Below are positions 8,999 through 18,698 of a DNA stretch of 64,000 nucleotides, piece after piece. The notes under the pieces were generated by a model. The model searched no databases, was not told the origin of the DNA, and worked only from the letters and a program-made list of their open reading frames with translations. Origin of the DNA: Candidatus Latescibacterota bacterium. GTDB taxonomy: Bacteria > Latescibacterota > UBA2968 > GCA-2709665. The position numbers were made by a program, and so were the translations under genes. The DNA is taken from assembly GCA_965208835.1 (NCBI GenBank), contig OZ242358.1, forward strand, positions 1,728,001-1,792,000, in the 5' to 3' direction. Each line of letters opens with the position of its first letter. Position 1 is the stretch's first letter.

Positions 8999-10198
8999 CT
9001 ACCTCAGGCGAAGTCCACATCTCGAAAAAAACCCTTCTTTCAAAGAATCCGCCTGACGCGCCCGGTGGGTTCTGCCCTTCCAGACGAAACTTCCGAACGA
9101 TCCGAACAGCCCCACCAGAGTCGTATAAGGCATCTGCAGGAGTTCCCACACCGGCAGCACCGGGAGCAGGTCGGTCCGGCCGAAAAGTCGGGCGCCCGTC
9201 CATACCACCGCCAGATCCGCCAGCGTTTTGCCTGCCAGACACGACAGGGGCAGGCCGAAGGCGTTTTTTCCGATACCCAGGATAATTCCAGCCGGAATGA
9301 GGAGGTTGAGCAGAAATACGTTCGCCAGATAGACGAAGAAGAGAGGGTTGAGCGCCGCCATGTTTCGGGCGTTCGACGCCCACCGGCGCCGCTGGGTCCA
9401 GAAGCCGGCCAGGGATTCCGCCCGCCGGGTGCTGACATAGGTGCGGGGATCGTCTGCAAATGCGATCTTCGCGCCGGCCCGTCGGAACAGCTGAAGCAGG
9501 AGAACGTCGTCGCCGGAAGGGCAACGGGCGACCTCTTCGAAGCCGTCGACCCTTTCGAAGAACGCCTTCCGATAGGCGAGATTCTGACCGGATGCAGCCA
9601 GCGGCATCCCGAGGTTGGCCGCGCCGGCCGAAGCGCACATGAGCGCGAGAAAGTCGAAGGCCTGGATGCGTTCCGTGGGCGTGAGCCGGTCTCCGGCGGT
9701 TTTTACCTGCGAGAATCCGATGACGACGTCCGCACCGGCTTCGAGTTGGGATACCATTCCCGATACCCATGTGGCCGGGACGGAGCAATCCGCGTCGGTA
9801 GTCAGAATGATGGGCCCGCGCGCCGCCCGGACGCCTTCGGAAAGGGGCCGTTTCTTTGCGGCCATGTGCCGAAAGGCGTCGGTAACTTCAATGCATTGGA
9901 TGTGTGGATATTCAACGGCATAACGCGCCACGATTTGCGCCGTCCCGTCCGTCGAACCGTCGTCGACAACCAGGACTTCGTACCGGTCGGCGGGATAGCT
10001 CTGGCCGGCCAGGCCCTTAAGGCAATCGCCGATGTACCCGGCTTCGTTTCTGGCCGCGATGACGACCGATACGAACGGAGAGGCGTGGGCATCGGCGCGC
10101 CGTTTCCTTCGCCGCAGGCCGGCCAGAAACGCAATTGCGGCGCCGAGGTAGATTGCCGTCGATATCAACAGGAACGCATTGATCGGAATGGTCGACAC
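8999..10198 (-). CDS. Membrane GT2 glycosyltransferase
   Basis: AARNE, VDDGSTD, TTDADC, GDD, QRRRW. Confidence 0.9.
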   Translation of the reverse strand: MSTIPINAFLLISTAIYLGAAIAFLAGLRRRKRRADAHASPFVSVVIAARNEAGYIGDCLKGLAGQSYPADRYEVLVVDDGSTDGTAQIVARYAVEYPHIQCIEVTDAFRHMAAKKRPLSEGVRAARGPIILTTDADCSVPATWVSGMVSQLEAGADVVIGFSQVKTAGDRLTPTERIQAFDFLALMCASAGAANLGMPLAASGQNLAYRKAFFERVDGFEEVARCPSGDDVLLLQLFRRAGAKIAFADDPRTYVSTRRAESLAGFWTQRRRWASNARNMAALNPLFFVYLANVFLLNLLIPAGIILGIGKNAFGLPLSCLAGKTLADLAVVWTGARLFGRTDLLPVLPVWELLQMPYTTLVGLFGSFGSFVWKGRTHRARQADSLKEGFFSRCGLRLR

Positions 10199-10323
10199 GG
10201 GTATCCGGGGTTGGCGGCGGTTGTATTTGGTAGAGGGTCAGTAACGACGCGAAATGACGACAATCGGCGGTCTGTGGCGACCCCTCATCGTTACTTCACT
10301 CGATTTCGGCAGGATGCCTGGAT

Positions 10324-11382
10324 TCAGTGTTTTACCTCTTCGATGTCGTAGAACATGCCCTTGATGCCCTCGGAACAGTTATTGCAGATGGGTACAGCGG
10401 ACCGGTCCTTGAGGATGGCATTTCTGAAGTCGGTATATGCCTCTCCGGACCAGACGCTGTCGAAGTCCGGGTCTTCGAGCGCGTTGCCCAGGCCATAGTG
10501 CACGTCTTTATCGAAGCAGCAAGGTGAAACGGCCCCGTCCCAGTTCACCACAGTACTGAACCAGAGATGCCTGCAGGCATTGGTGATCTTGCCGTTCATC
10601 GTGAGATTGTCCGCGTCGTAGCGGTAGCGGCTGTAGGATTCGTCTTCGGGAAGGTACTGTTCCGCTTCGGTATCGGTATACACCTGGGCCGTCTTCAGCG
10701 AGAGCCGGTCCACGCCCAGTTCGCGTGCGAGGTTCCTGGCGGCTTCGATTTCGGACTCGTTGTGCTTGAAGATGATGAACTGCAGGTGGATGACGGGATT
10801 GTCCGCATTCAGTGCCCTCTTGGCCGTACTCAGAAAGCGAATCCCGTCAAGAACCCGGTCGAAGTTGCCTCCCACGCGATATTTGACATAGGATTCCGGT
10901 GTCACACCGTCGAGGGAGACCACGATTTCATCCAGACCGGAAGTGACGATATCCTCGGCGTCGCTTCGGCTTCGGATGTAGTGGACGTTGGTGCTGGTGA
11001 TGGTGGGTACGTTGTGTGCTTTCGCCAGACGGAACATGTCGGTCAGACGCTTGTTGATGAAGGGTTCGCCCTGGTTCCAGAGCATCAGCAGCAGGAGGTC
11101 CTTCGCCTGTTCCTCAAAGATTCGCTTGAAGGCTTCGTATTCCATCGTGCCCCTGGGCCGCGTCAGTCCGCCGTTGCCGGATGGGCAGAGGGGGCATTTC
11201 AGATTGCAGAGGTTCGTCGGTTCCATCATCAGGACGAAGGGGCGGCCCATGCGGATATCCCGTCCGGCCAGTCGCGACAAGCCGTAGGAGAAAACCACCT
11301 TGGCGGCATTCCAGGCGCGCCGGGCCGTGAGCGTCCGATGGTAGCGCGCAACGGTCCTGGGCAACAGTCTGAGTGAGAGCAT
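10324..11382 (-). CDS. Radical SAM protein with SPASM/Twitch domain
   Basis: CNLKCPLC motif; C-terminal C..CCFD..CxxC. Confidence 0.92.
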   Translation of the reverse strand: MLSLRLLPRTVARYHRTLTARRAWNAAKVVFSYGLSRLAGRDIRMGRPFVLMMEPTNLCNLKCPLCPSGNGGLTRPRGTMEYEAFKRIFEEQAKDLLLLMLWNQGEPFINKRLTDMFRLAKAHNVPTITSTNVHYIRSRSDAEDIVTSGLDEIVVSLDGVTPESYVKYRVGGNFDRVLDGIRFLSTAKRALNADNPVIHLQFIIFKHNESEIEAARNLARELGVDRLSLKTAQVYTDTEAEQYLPEDESYSRYRYDADNLTMNGKITNACRHLWFSTVVNWDGAVSPCCFDKDVHYGLGNALEDPDFDSVWSGEAYTDFRNAILKDRSAVPICNNCSEGIKGMFYDIEEVKH

Positions 11383-11384
11383 GT

Positions 11385-12485
11385 CTACTTCCAGCGGGAG
11401 GGCGCCAGTACGCCTGCGGCGCAGATGACGACGACATACGGTACGGAAATCAGTTCAAGGAGCGGAAACAGCCGGAGGATCTTCCGCGCGTGGTAACGGC
11501 GGGCGGCTCTGGAAAGCAGCAGCCAGTCGGCGAGTAATTTCGCCGCAACCATCAGTCCGAAGGGGACGCGGAACGCCGGGTGGTGCCACGCGAGGAAAGG
11601 CGCCGCGGCGAGAGCCACGTGGAATATATAGATACACACCGAGACAAGCAAGACTGAAAATCCGTAGTGTACCGCTTTTGACTGATAGCGCACCTGGCGG
11701 CGAAAAAGACCGTCGGCATGGGGGTGCGAGTCCACCCTGGCTTCCGGATTGAACCGGATACGCCAGCCCGTCCGGGTGGCGATGCGCCGCATCAGCAGGA
11801 CGTCGTCCCCGCCGCGTATATGGCCGATGGGCGCGAAGCCGCCAGCGTCCTGGAAGGCTGCTCTGCGGTATGCCAGATTCCGCCCGGAACAGGTCAGCGG
11901 AATACCCAGGCCCATGCTGCCCGCCGCGAGTGTGGATACCACGAGGCTCTGCAGGGCAAGCAGTCTGGATAGCAGACCCTTTCCAGGCAAAAGGGGCGCG
12001 TATCCGGCGACCATGCCGACCTCGGGGTCGAAGGCGCGTACCGTGGAAGCGATCCAGTCGGTGGAGGGAATACAGTCGGCGTCGGTGGTGAGGATGATCC
12101 TCCCGGCGCCGGCGCGGATGCCCGCGTCCAGGGCACTCTTCTTCGGGCAGGCGAGCGCACTTTCGGAAACCCGCACGACCTTGAGACCGGGAATCCGATC
12201 CGTCCAGGTGAGCGCCCGGCGGGCGGTATCATCCGTCGAACGGTCGTCGACGACGATGACTTCGGTGCGTTCGGGAGGATAGGTCTGTTCGGCGATGGCC
12301 GCGAGGCACGTTTCGATGCTGTGGGCTTCGTTGCGGGCGGGAATAACCACTGTGACGTCGTGAAGTTCTGCGTTGCAACCCGAGGCCAGGCGACTCAGGC
12401 CTCGATGGATGGCGCCTGCGACGATGACATAGATCAGGCATAGGAGATAGGTGGCAGAAACCAGCGCTTCGATCGTCGATGTCAT
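11385..12485 (-). CDS. Membrane GT2 glycosyltransferase (paralogue of 8999-10198)
   Basis: PARNE, VDDRSTD, TTDADC, GGDD, QVRY variant of QxxRW. Confidence 0.9.
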   Translation of the reverse strand: MTSTIEALVSATYLLCLIYVIVAGAIHRGLSRLASGCNAELHDVTVVIPARNEAHSIETCLAAIAEQTYPPERTEVIVVDDRSTDDTARRALTWTDRIPGLKVVRVSESALACPKKSALDAGIRAGAGRIILTTDADCIPSTDWIASTVRAFDPEVGMVAGYAPLLPGKGLLSRLLALQSLVVSTLAAGSMGLGIPLTCSGRNLAYRRAAFQDAGGFAPIGHIRGGDDVLLMRRIATRTGWRIRFNPEARVDSHPHADGLFRRQVRYQSKAVHYGFSVLLVSVCIYIFHVALAAAPFLAWHHPAFRVPFGLMVAAKLLADWLLLSRAARRYHARKILRLFPLLELISVPYVVVICAAGVLAPSRWK

Positions 12486-13663
12486 GTATCACTGGCGCGG
12501 CGGTTATCGCCGATGCACTGCCTGATCCAGGCCAGATTGGCCGGCGGCATAATACCGTAGTTGTAGAACGAAAAGCGGCGGATGCCCAGTTCCAGCGCGC
12601 GTTCGACGCCCGCGCCGAGCGTCGGGGCGTCCGGAGAAGCGGGAGGATAGGCCTGGAGCCCCACCACGAGTTGCTGCGGATTCTTCAGGTCCGGGACAAT
12701 ACCGGAGATGGTCGCCTGGATCCGGTCGGCGTCCGGCGTATAGGCGAGTGTTTCCGCATAATCCGCGATTTCCGCGAGGCGTGAGCGATTGATGGCGGCG
12801 TTGAACCGGTCGCCCATGAAGATGAATGAGACGGGGACCCCGGCGGCCGCCCTGACCTCCTCCAGCAGGCTCGCGACCACCTCGTCGCGCATCCGGACGA
12901 ACGGCTCGAGTTGCGGCACGGTGGCGATGAGTTCCTCGGGTGGCTCGGCAGGCGGGATGCCGGATGCCAGGATTCGGCGCAGCCTGTATGCTGCGGCCCG
13001 TGAAAGGGCATCGGGGTCCAGGCCCTTACCCTTCGCGCGGGTCCGACAGGCGTCGCAGAAGCAGAGGGAGAGCAGCATTCGGCCTGCCGACCCCAGGTCG
13101 ACGCCGTGCTTGACGTGATAGTGTGTGTGTCCGAACCCCCCATAGGAGAGGGATTCGCACTCAAGAAGGGCGATTCCGTAGTTTTCTGAAAGGTCTCTGG
13201 CCAGCGCCGCGGCGAAGGCGCGCACACCCGGGTTGGCCGGGCAGAGCCAGGACGTGCTGACGTCTCCGGTACAGGTGACCTCAGCGCATTCCGGATGGCG
13301 GCCGGCCTGGAAGGAATTGTGGAGGAATACCGTCCAGGCGATGAGTTCAATTCCGGCGCCTACCGCGGCATCGGCGGCGTCAGCGTACCAGTTGTCTCGG
13401 CCCATCAGGGGGCTGACGTGCGGTTGTATCGGCGTGTGGGCATACAGGCCCGCGTCGGGCTGGAAATAGACGGCGGCCTGCGGGATCTGGAGCAGCACCC
13501 GCTTCGGCGAATGGGGACGCAGCATCTCGAAGGTATGGTACGCCGCGGCCAGGCTGATGCCATCGAGGCCGATGTCATCCCGGAGCCGTTTTGCAATGGC
13601 CCGGGGGTCGCCGTCGGCCAGGTCCCAGGGGTAAGTCCAGAGGGTTGTGTGAAGGTTGGACAA
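12482..13663 (-). CDS. Hypothetical protein, glycoside-hydrolase-like TIM barrel
   Basis: YPWD, AYH, AWTVFLHN, LCPANP, CFCxxC, FYNYG; TTG start with GGAG RBS. Confidence 0.65.
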   Translation of the reverse strand: MSNLHTTLWTYPWDLADGDPRAIAKRLRDDIGLDGISLAAAYHTFEMLRPHSPKRVLLQIPQAAVYFQPDAGLYAHTPIQPHVSPLMGRDNWYADAADAAVGAGIELIAWTVFLHNSFQAGRHPECAEVTCTGDVSTSWLCPANPGVRAFAAALARDLSENYGIALLECESLSYGGFGHTHYHVKHGVDLGSAGRMLLSLCFCDACRTRAKGKGLDPDALSRAAAYRLRRILASGIPPAEPPEELIATVPQLEPFVRMRDEVVASLLEEVRAAAGVPVSFIFMGDRFNAAINRSRLAEIADYAETLAYTPDADRIQATISGIVPDLKNPQQLVVGLQAYPPASPDAPTLGAGVERALELGIRRFSFYNYGIMPPANLAWIRQCIGDNRRASDT

Positions 13664-13755
13664 TCCGATGTCTCCAGGCCCGGGTGGTGCTCACCGGGAC
13701 AGGCAATTCGCTATGCCGGCGACGGGGCGATCTGCAGTCTGTCCCTGACGCGTTG

Positions 13756-13784
13756 ATTTTACCAACTGAATGCGGCGATCGCAA
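13756..13784 (-). promoter_or_regulatory. Sigma70-like promoter for the GT2/rSAM operon
   Basis: TTGCGA-17nt-TAAAAT on the minus strand. Confidence 0.55.
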
Positions 13785-13921
13785 GTTTTATTGGCAGGAG
13801 TATCAATGGCCAAGACACATGGAAAGGCGAATCTTGGTTGATGTCCCGTGTCCTTCCAGATCACCATGTGTATGATTATTATATTGTTATTATTTTATTT
13901 ACGCCAACGGATTGGAACCTT

Positions 13922-14234
13922 AGTTAAAGCTGAGAGTGCGTAGAGCCGATGGTTAGATGCTGCTCGCACTCAGGAAGACACACGGTTGTCTAACGAAATT
14001 CGTACAAGGAGCACCGCCAGAGCAGGGCGCGTTCTTCCGTCCACCACCCAAGTACGTTGTTATCCTGGGTTGGCAGGCCGGCGTATGACGTGAGTCCGGT
14101 GAGGGTATTCGCGCCATGCATAAGGCAGGCCCCGCGCCCAGCGGCGACTTTTGGTTCCTTTTGGTCGCTTCAAAAGGAACACGCCGTAGGCAGGGAATTT
14201 GAGGGGGAGTGGTTTTTTCGATTTTGCTTTAACT
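13922..14234. mobile_element. MITE-like structured intergenic element
   Basis: 9-bp terminal inverted repeat AGTTAAAGC/GCTTTAACT with several internal hairpins. Confidence 0.45.
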
Positions 14235-14253
14235 TGACCGCCGATAGCTGCTT

Positions 14254-15396
14254 CTAAATGTACCCAGTGGACCCATCGGGACGGACTGGCGCCGTGCGCT
14301 GCCAGTGGGGTGGGTCTGAATCCGCGAGCGCGTCTTCGTTCACCTCGATGCCCAATCCAGGACGATCTCTGAGTTCAAGGTATCCGTCCACAGGCAGGTA
14401 CGGATCCGGGACGTATTCCATCCATCTGGAGCCTGCGGGGATGACGTATTCGAGGATCTTGAAGTTGTGGGTGGCCGCGGCAAAGTGCACGTTGACCGCC
14501 GTGGCGATGGGTCCCATCGGATTGTGCGGCGCGATGGTGACGTAGTGGGCCTCGGCGATCGCAGCGATCTTTCGCATTTCCAGAAGGCCCCCGCAGACGC
14601 AGACGTCGGGCTGTATGATGTCGGCGGCCCTGGCGGCGATGAGATTAAGGAACTCGAATCGCGCGTAGAGACATTCCCCGGTTGCCAGTGGCACCTGCAT
14701 CTGGTTGCGCAGCTGCTGCCACGCGGGGATGTGTTCCGGTCTGAGGGGCTCTTCGTAAAACAGGGGGTCGTACGGCGCCAACGCGTTGGCCAGTTGCAGG
14801 GCTCTGACCGGTTCGAAGATCTTGGCGTGCGGATCGAACGCGAATTCCCAGTCGTCGGGGGTGTGCTTCCGGAGGCTCTCGAAATACTCGGCGGCGGCCG
14901 CGCAGACCCGGCCCCAACGATTCGCGTCGGGATTCAGCAGGAAGGGGCTGGTCTTGAACGCCGTGAACCCCCATTGCTCATTCAGACGGTGCGCGCCTTC
15001 CGCCGCGACCTCTCCGGTCGGGCCGCCGCAGCTCTGGTAGACTCTTACCCGGTCTCGCAGGTTGCCGCCCAGAAGCATATAGACGGGTACGTTTGCGGCT
15101 TTGCCGCTGATGTCCCAGAGCGCGTGTTCGATACCGGAAATGGCTGCCAGTCCGGTGCCGCCCGCGGGGAAGCGAAACTGCTGATGAATCTTCATCATCA
15201 GGTATTCGATGCGACGGGGATCTTCGCCGACAAGCCACGTGGCCACGTAGTCGACGATGGGCTCGATAGAGAGGTCCGGCCCGATGGAATAGGCTTCGCC
15301 CCATCCGTACAGGCCCTCGTCGGTCTCGACTTTGACGAGCGCCCTCGGGCGGTTGCTGTAGGTCACGAGGAAGGTCTTTACCGAGGTGATCTTCAT
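14254..15396 (-). CDS. Mandelate racemase/enolase superfamily acid-sugar dehydratase (DgoD-like)
   Basis: GLYGWGE, AISGIEHALWDI.GK, FYEEP, ATGE, QPD, APHNP. Confidence 0.9.
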   Translation of the reverse strand: MKITSVKTFLVTYSNRPRALVKVETDEGLYGWGEAYSIGPDLSIEPIVDYVATWLVGEDPRRIEYLMMKIHQQFRFPAGGTGLAAISGIEHALWDISGKAANVPVYMLLGGNLRDRVRVYQSCGGPTGEVAAEGAHRLNEQWGFTAFKTSPFLLNPDANRWGRVCAAAAEYFESLRKHTPDDWEFAFDPHAKIFEPVRALQLANALAPYDPLFYEEPLRPEHIPAWQQLRNQMQVPLATGECLYARFEFLNLIAARAADIIQPDVCVCGGLLEMRKIAAIAEAHYVTIAPHNPMGPIATAVNVHFAAATHNFKILEYVIPAGSRWMEYVPDPYLPVDGYLELRDRPGLGIEVNEDALADSDPPHWQRTAPVRPDGSTGYI

Positions 15397-15653
15397 GATG
15401 ACAACTCTCCTTTTTCCGGTGATTCGGGCCTGGGATCTGACTCGGGATTGTAATTAAAGAGGTCGCCGGGCGTGCATTCGAGCGCCTGGCAGAGAGATTC
15501 GATGGTGGCCAGGTCTATCCGCTTCGCGCGGTTGTTGAAGATGGCCGAGACCGTATTGGCCTGAAGCCCGGTCAGCCTGGCGATTTCCGAGATCCTGTAC
15601 GGACGGCCGGGTCCCTTTTCGGCCATGACAATATGGAGTTGGAATCTAAGCAT
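15393..15653 (-). CDS. Small Cro/C1-type HTH regulator
   Basis: ISEIARLTGL..NTVSAI...TIESLCQALECTPGDLF. Confidence 0.85.
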   Translation of the reverse strand: MLRFQLHIVMAEKGPGRPYRISEIARLTGLQANTVSAIFNNRAKRIDLATIESLCQALECTPGDLFNYNPESDPRPESPEKGELSS

Positions 15654-15929
15654 TCTATCGACCGTGATGGCGTCAGTGCGGGACGTTTTATCTCGACAAA
15701 GTTCTGCCAATGAAGGTTAATAATGATGTTGAATATATAAAATATATGGTATTTTACGTATATAGTTACTTGTTAATTCAGAATAAGCGTCTATTGGGTG
15801 AATCGACGCCGTTGGTGTCGAGCTGGATGTCCAGCTGCCAGGCTCTTGACCGTGATGTCTCTCTGGATGCGCCCCATCGCGTTTTGTCTCCTGTAGAGGG
15901 GGTGTTGCGCCCGGGCCGGATCGCGTTTC

Positions 15930-16430
15930 TCAGTCCTTGAACGTCAGGGAGATGCCGGCCTTGGCGCCGTATTTGTTCTCCGTTCCCTCCGCTACGCCCC
16001 GGTCAAGGGTGGCTTCCGCGAAAAATCGAAAAGGCCCCAGCATCTTCAGATTCATCCCCGCCACGGCGGTCAGAAGCACCTTGCTGGCCGACCCGTCGAT
16101 GAGTTCCGCATCCGATTCTTCCTTGGTGTAGATCAGCCCGCTACCGGCCCCGCCGTAGATCCGGAGGTTATCCCCCAGGCTGACTTTGTAGAGTCCGCGG
16201 ATGGAAACGGGCACGGTAATCGCGCCGTCTTTCTTGTAATACTCCCCGGCCAGCATTACCCCCGCGGGTTTGCTGCCGAACGGAAGGATGATGGATCCGT
16301 GCCAGCCGGGTTCCTTGTCTTCGACATAGAGTCCGCCCCCGGCGCGCAAGGCGATCTGGGCGTGCGTCTCGGCTGTGGCCGCACCCAGCAGGCAGAACAC
16401 GGTTACTGCCGGGGCGAGGTATCTGATCAT
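15930..16430 (-). CDS. Small outer-membrane beta-barrel protein
   Basis: Signal peptide, alternating beta strands (IYGGAGSG), near-terminal Phe. Confidence 0.65.
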   Translation of the reverse strand: MIRYLAPAVTVFCLLGAATAETHAQIALRAGGGLYVEDKEPGWHGSIILPFGSKPAGVMLAGEYYKKDGAITVPVSIRGLYKVSLGDNLRIYGGAGSGLIYTKEESDAELIDGSASKVLLTAVAGMNLKMLGPFRFFAEATLDRGVAEGTENKYGAKAGISLTFKD

Positions 16431-16479
16431 AATTGCGTTCTCCTCTTGATTTAGACACGTGACGCCCGGGGCACCGTCC

Positions 16480-16842
16480 TCAATGTTGATACGCGATTCC
16501 CAGGCGGCCGGCCGCAGCCCGCAGGTTTCCCTCCGATGTCCACAACAGAAGGTCGGACAACCGGGCGGATGCCATCAGATGCGCGTCGATCAGGCCGACC
16601 CCCGCGGCGGAGAGCCGGTGGTGTTCGATGAAATGCAGGACTTCGCGCTCGCTGGCAGCGGATGCCTGCGGAAGCGTCTGAAGCAACGTCAGAAACTCGG
16701 TCCTGTTGGCCAACCTGCCGCACGCAAGTTCACCGACGATCAGCGGATGGCACGCGACCCTCCCTTCTCGCAGGAGCGCCTTCAGTCGTCCATTTCCTGT
16801 ACGAAGGAAAGAGACCCAGATTGACGTATCGACGAGGACCAT
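16480..16842 (-). CDS. vapC: VapC PIN-domain toxin
   Basis: MVLVDTSIW, GELACG, GLIDAHL motifs; starts 2 nt after vapB. Confidence 0.9.
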   Translation of the reverse strand: MVLVDTSIWVSFLRTGNGRLKALLREGRVACHPLIVGELACGRLANRTEFLTLLQTLPQASAASEREVLHFIEHHRLSAAGVGLIDAHLMASARLSDLLLWTSEGNLRAAAGRLGIAYQH

Positions 16843-16844
16843 GG

Positions 16845-17042
16845 CTACGGGATGTCCGTACATCGGCGCGGGACCGGCAACAGGTTTGTTTCCGTGCCTT
16901 CGAGCTCCGCCAGCCGCTTGCTGCTCTCGCGGGCGATCAGGGTTTCCAGACCGAGCCTGACTAGGGCTGTTTTCTGTTTGATACCGGTTAACGTGGATGC
17001 CCGCTTCAACAGGGCATCGTCTATATTCAGCGTCGTTCTCAT
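16845..17042 (-). CDS. vapB: VapB antitoxin
   Basis: MRTTLNIDDALL..A..LTGIK.KTALV. Confidence 0.9.
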   Translation of the reverse strand: MRTTLNIDDALLKRASTLTGIKQKTALVRLGLETLIARESSKRLAELEGTETNLLPVPRRCTDIP

Positions 17043-17175
17043 ATGCTAAAATATGCATAAATTATACATATAAGTCAATGGTAATCAGATGTCTGGAATC
17101 ATCGCACGGCGGGAACGTTACCGGAGCGGACACTTTGATGAAACTTGCTTGAGAGACAGGCCGGCGGTATGTTAG

Positions 17176-17199
17176 GTAGGGGCGACCGGCCGGTCGCCC
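17176..17199 (+). repeat. GTAG-type REP palindrome
   Basis: GTAGGGGCGACCGGCCGGTCGCCC; degenerate copy at 22591-22614. Confidence 0.7.
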
Positions 17200-17205
17200 A
17201 AAGGC

Positions 17206-17310
17206 GGTGAGAAGGTAGAGGGAAGCCGGTAGAAGAAATGCGGGTAGACGGTAGAGGTGAGACGGTAGAAAAAAGGCGGGTAGAGGTAAGAGGGTAGACG
17301 GTAGAAGAAA
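17206..17310 (+). repeat. GGTAGA short tandem repeat tract
   Basis: 8 exact GGTAGA copies at spacings 14,15,7,14,15,14,7. Confidence 0.8.
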
Positions 17311-17421
17311 CCCTTGTCCGGTATATTCTTCCTCTTTGCCTTTGGCACGAGAAGAATCCTCACAAGGCAGGCAATCTCTCCCGTCTTCCTTAGCTAAATA
17401 GCACGCGAAACCGTCTTTCCT

Positions 17422-17445
17422 CCCTCTCTCCCGCGGGAGAGAGGG
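17422..17445. repeat. Perfect 24-bp palindrome (REP-like)
   Basis: CCCTCTCTCCCGCGGGAGAGAGGG. Confidence 0.75.
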
Positions 17446-17550
17446 CCTGGAAGAGAGGTCTGGGCGGATGCGAGAGGAGGGTTTTGATCCTGGTTTTCGT
17501 TTCTTGGCTGACATCCGACCGATGATAGGTGAAAGCTGATTTGCTGACCA

Positions 17551-17988
17551 ATGGCTGAAAAATTCAAACTGATTCCTGAAGCCCACGTCTTCCTGATGAA
17601 GGGCAGCGACGAAGTGTTGCTGCTGAGGCGTTTCAATACGGGGTTTGAAGACGGGAAGTACAGCGTGATTGCCGGGCATATCGACGGAAACGAAGAGGTC
17701 AGGGCTGCGGCGATCAGGGAGGCGCGTGAGGAGGCGGGAATCGAGATCAGGCCAGCGGACATCGAGGTGGTCGGCGTGATGCACCGAAGGAGCGAGGACG
17801 AACGGGTGGGGTTCTTCCTTGCGGCCACGACCTGGATTGGAGACGTCGTGAACGCCGAGCCGCACCGGTGCGACGACCTGTCGTGGCATTCCATCCACGA
17901 TCTCCCTGACAATATGGTGCCATACGTCAGGCGCGCGCTCGAAAACTATCTGAACGGCAGGTTCTACGACAGCTTTGGTTGGGAATGA
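17551..17988 (+). CDS. NUDIX hydrolase
   Basis: Nudix box GHIDGNEEVRAAAIREAREEAG. Confidence 0.92.
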   Translation: MAEKFKLIPEAHVFLMKGSDEVLLLRRFNTGFEDGKYSVIAGHIDGNEEVRAAAIREAREEAGIEIRPADIEVVGVMHRRSEDERVGFFLAATTWIGDVVNAEPHRCDDLSWHSIHDLPDNMVPYVRRALENYLNGRFYDSFGWE

Positions 17989-18127
17989 CCATCCGGAGTG
18001 GAGGTCGAAAGAATGTCTCCGGTTTCGGCCTCACGCGCGTTTTGAACCTGTCGGACTCGGATGCGGTATTCAGGGTCACGAAATCTCCGCACCCTGCATT
18101 ACGGCGCAGGAGAGGAGGCCAATATCC

Positions 18128-18577
18128 ATGGACGACAGGACAATCGATCTCACGGTCTCGATTCCCCCTCAATTCAGAGTCCTTCTGGTCACCCTTGGCG
18201 TTATCCACGTGCTTGGCGGCGCTCTTTTCCTGAGCAGCGGGAACGGATTTTTCGGAGTCCTGAATCTGGTCCTCGGTCCCTCGTGGCTATCGTGGGGTCT
18301 GTTTTACGAACGAATCAACAGGCACACCATCGCGATCGATGACGGGCAAATCGAAATCGTCCGAGGCCTTTTCCGCCGGCGCAGAATCCCCTGGACAACG
18401 ATTTCGGAAATCCGCTTTGAGTCGTGGAGGATGGATATTCAGGTCACCCGAGGAAAGCCCGCCACGGTGAATTTCCGGGAAATAAGCTCTGGTGCGAGCC
18501 GGTTGATCAGAGACGAATTGGTCTCGAAACTCACGCCCCTTGCCGAGACCAACGGGGTGTCGATGGAGAGCGTTTAG
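18128..18577 (+). CDS. Hypothetical membrane protein (2 TM plus PH-like domain)
   Basis: GGAGG RBS; two hydrophobic helices followed by RRIPWTTISEI. Confidence 0.65.
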   Translation: MDDRTIDLTVSIPPQFRVLLVTLGVIHVLGGALFLSSGNGFFGVLNLVLGPSWLSWGLFYERINRHTIAIDDGQIEIVRGLFRRRRIPWTTISEIRFESWRMDIQVTRGKPATVNFREISSGASRLIRDELVSKLTPLAETNGVSMESV

Positions 18578-18698
18578 TGACCCCGGCCGCCTTGTTCGAC
18601 CGTCGTTCGGGTCGGTTTTCAAATCAGCGGCGTCAATTGGGGAACGGAAATACGGATCACGACGACGGACGGGAAAGATGCCAAGTCGAGGATAGAAT

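Noticed and set aside
16843-17058. N-terminal extension of the 192-aa VapC ORF
   Set aside because: Overlaps vapB in another frame; the PIN domain starts at ATG 16842
17206-17310. CRISPR array (36-nt periodicity)
   Set aside because: No unique spacers, degenerate low-complexity units, no cas genes
17062-17898. 278-aa minus-strand ORF with LP..F.YR repeats
   Set aside because: Antisense to the NUDIX gene and simply translates the GGTAGA tract
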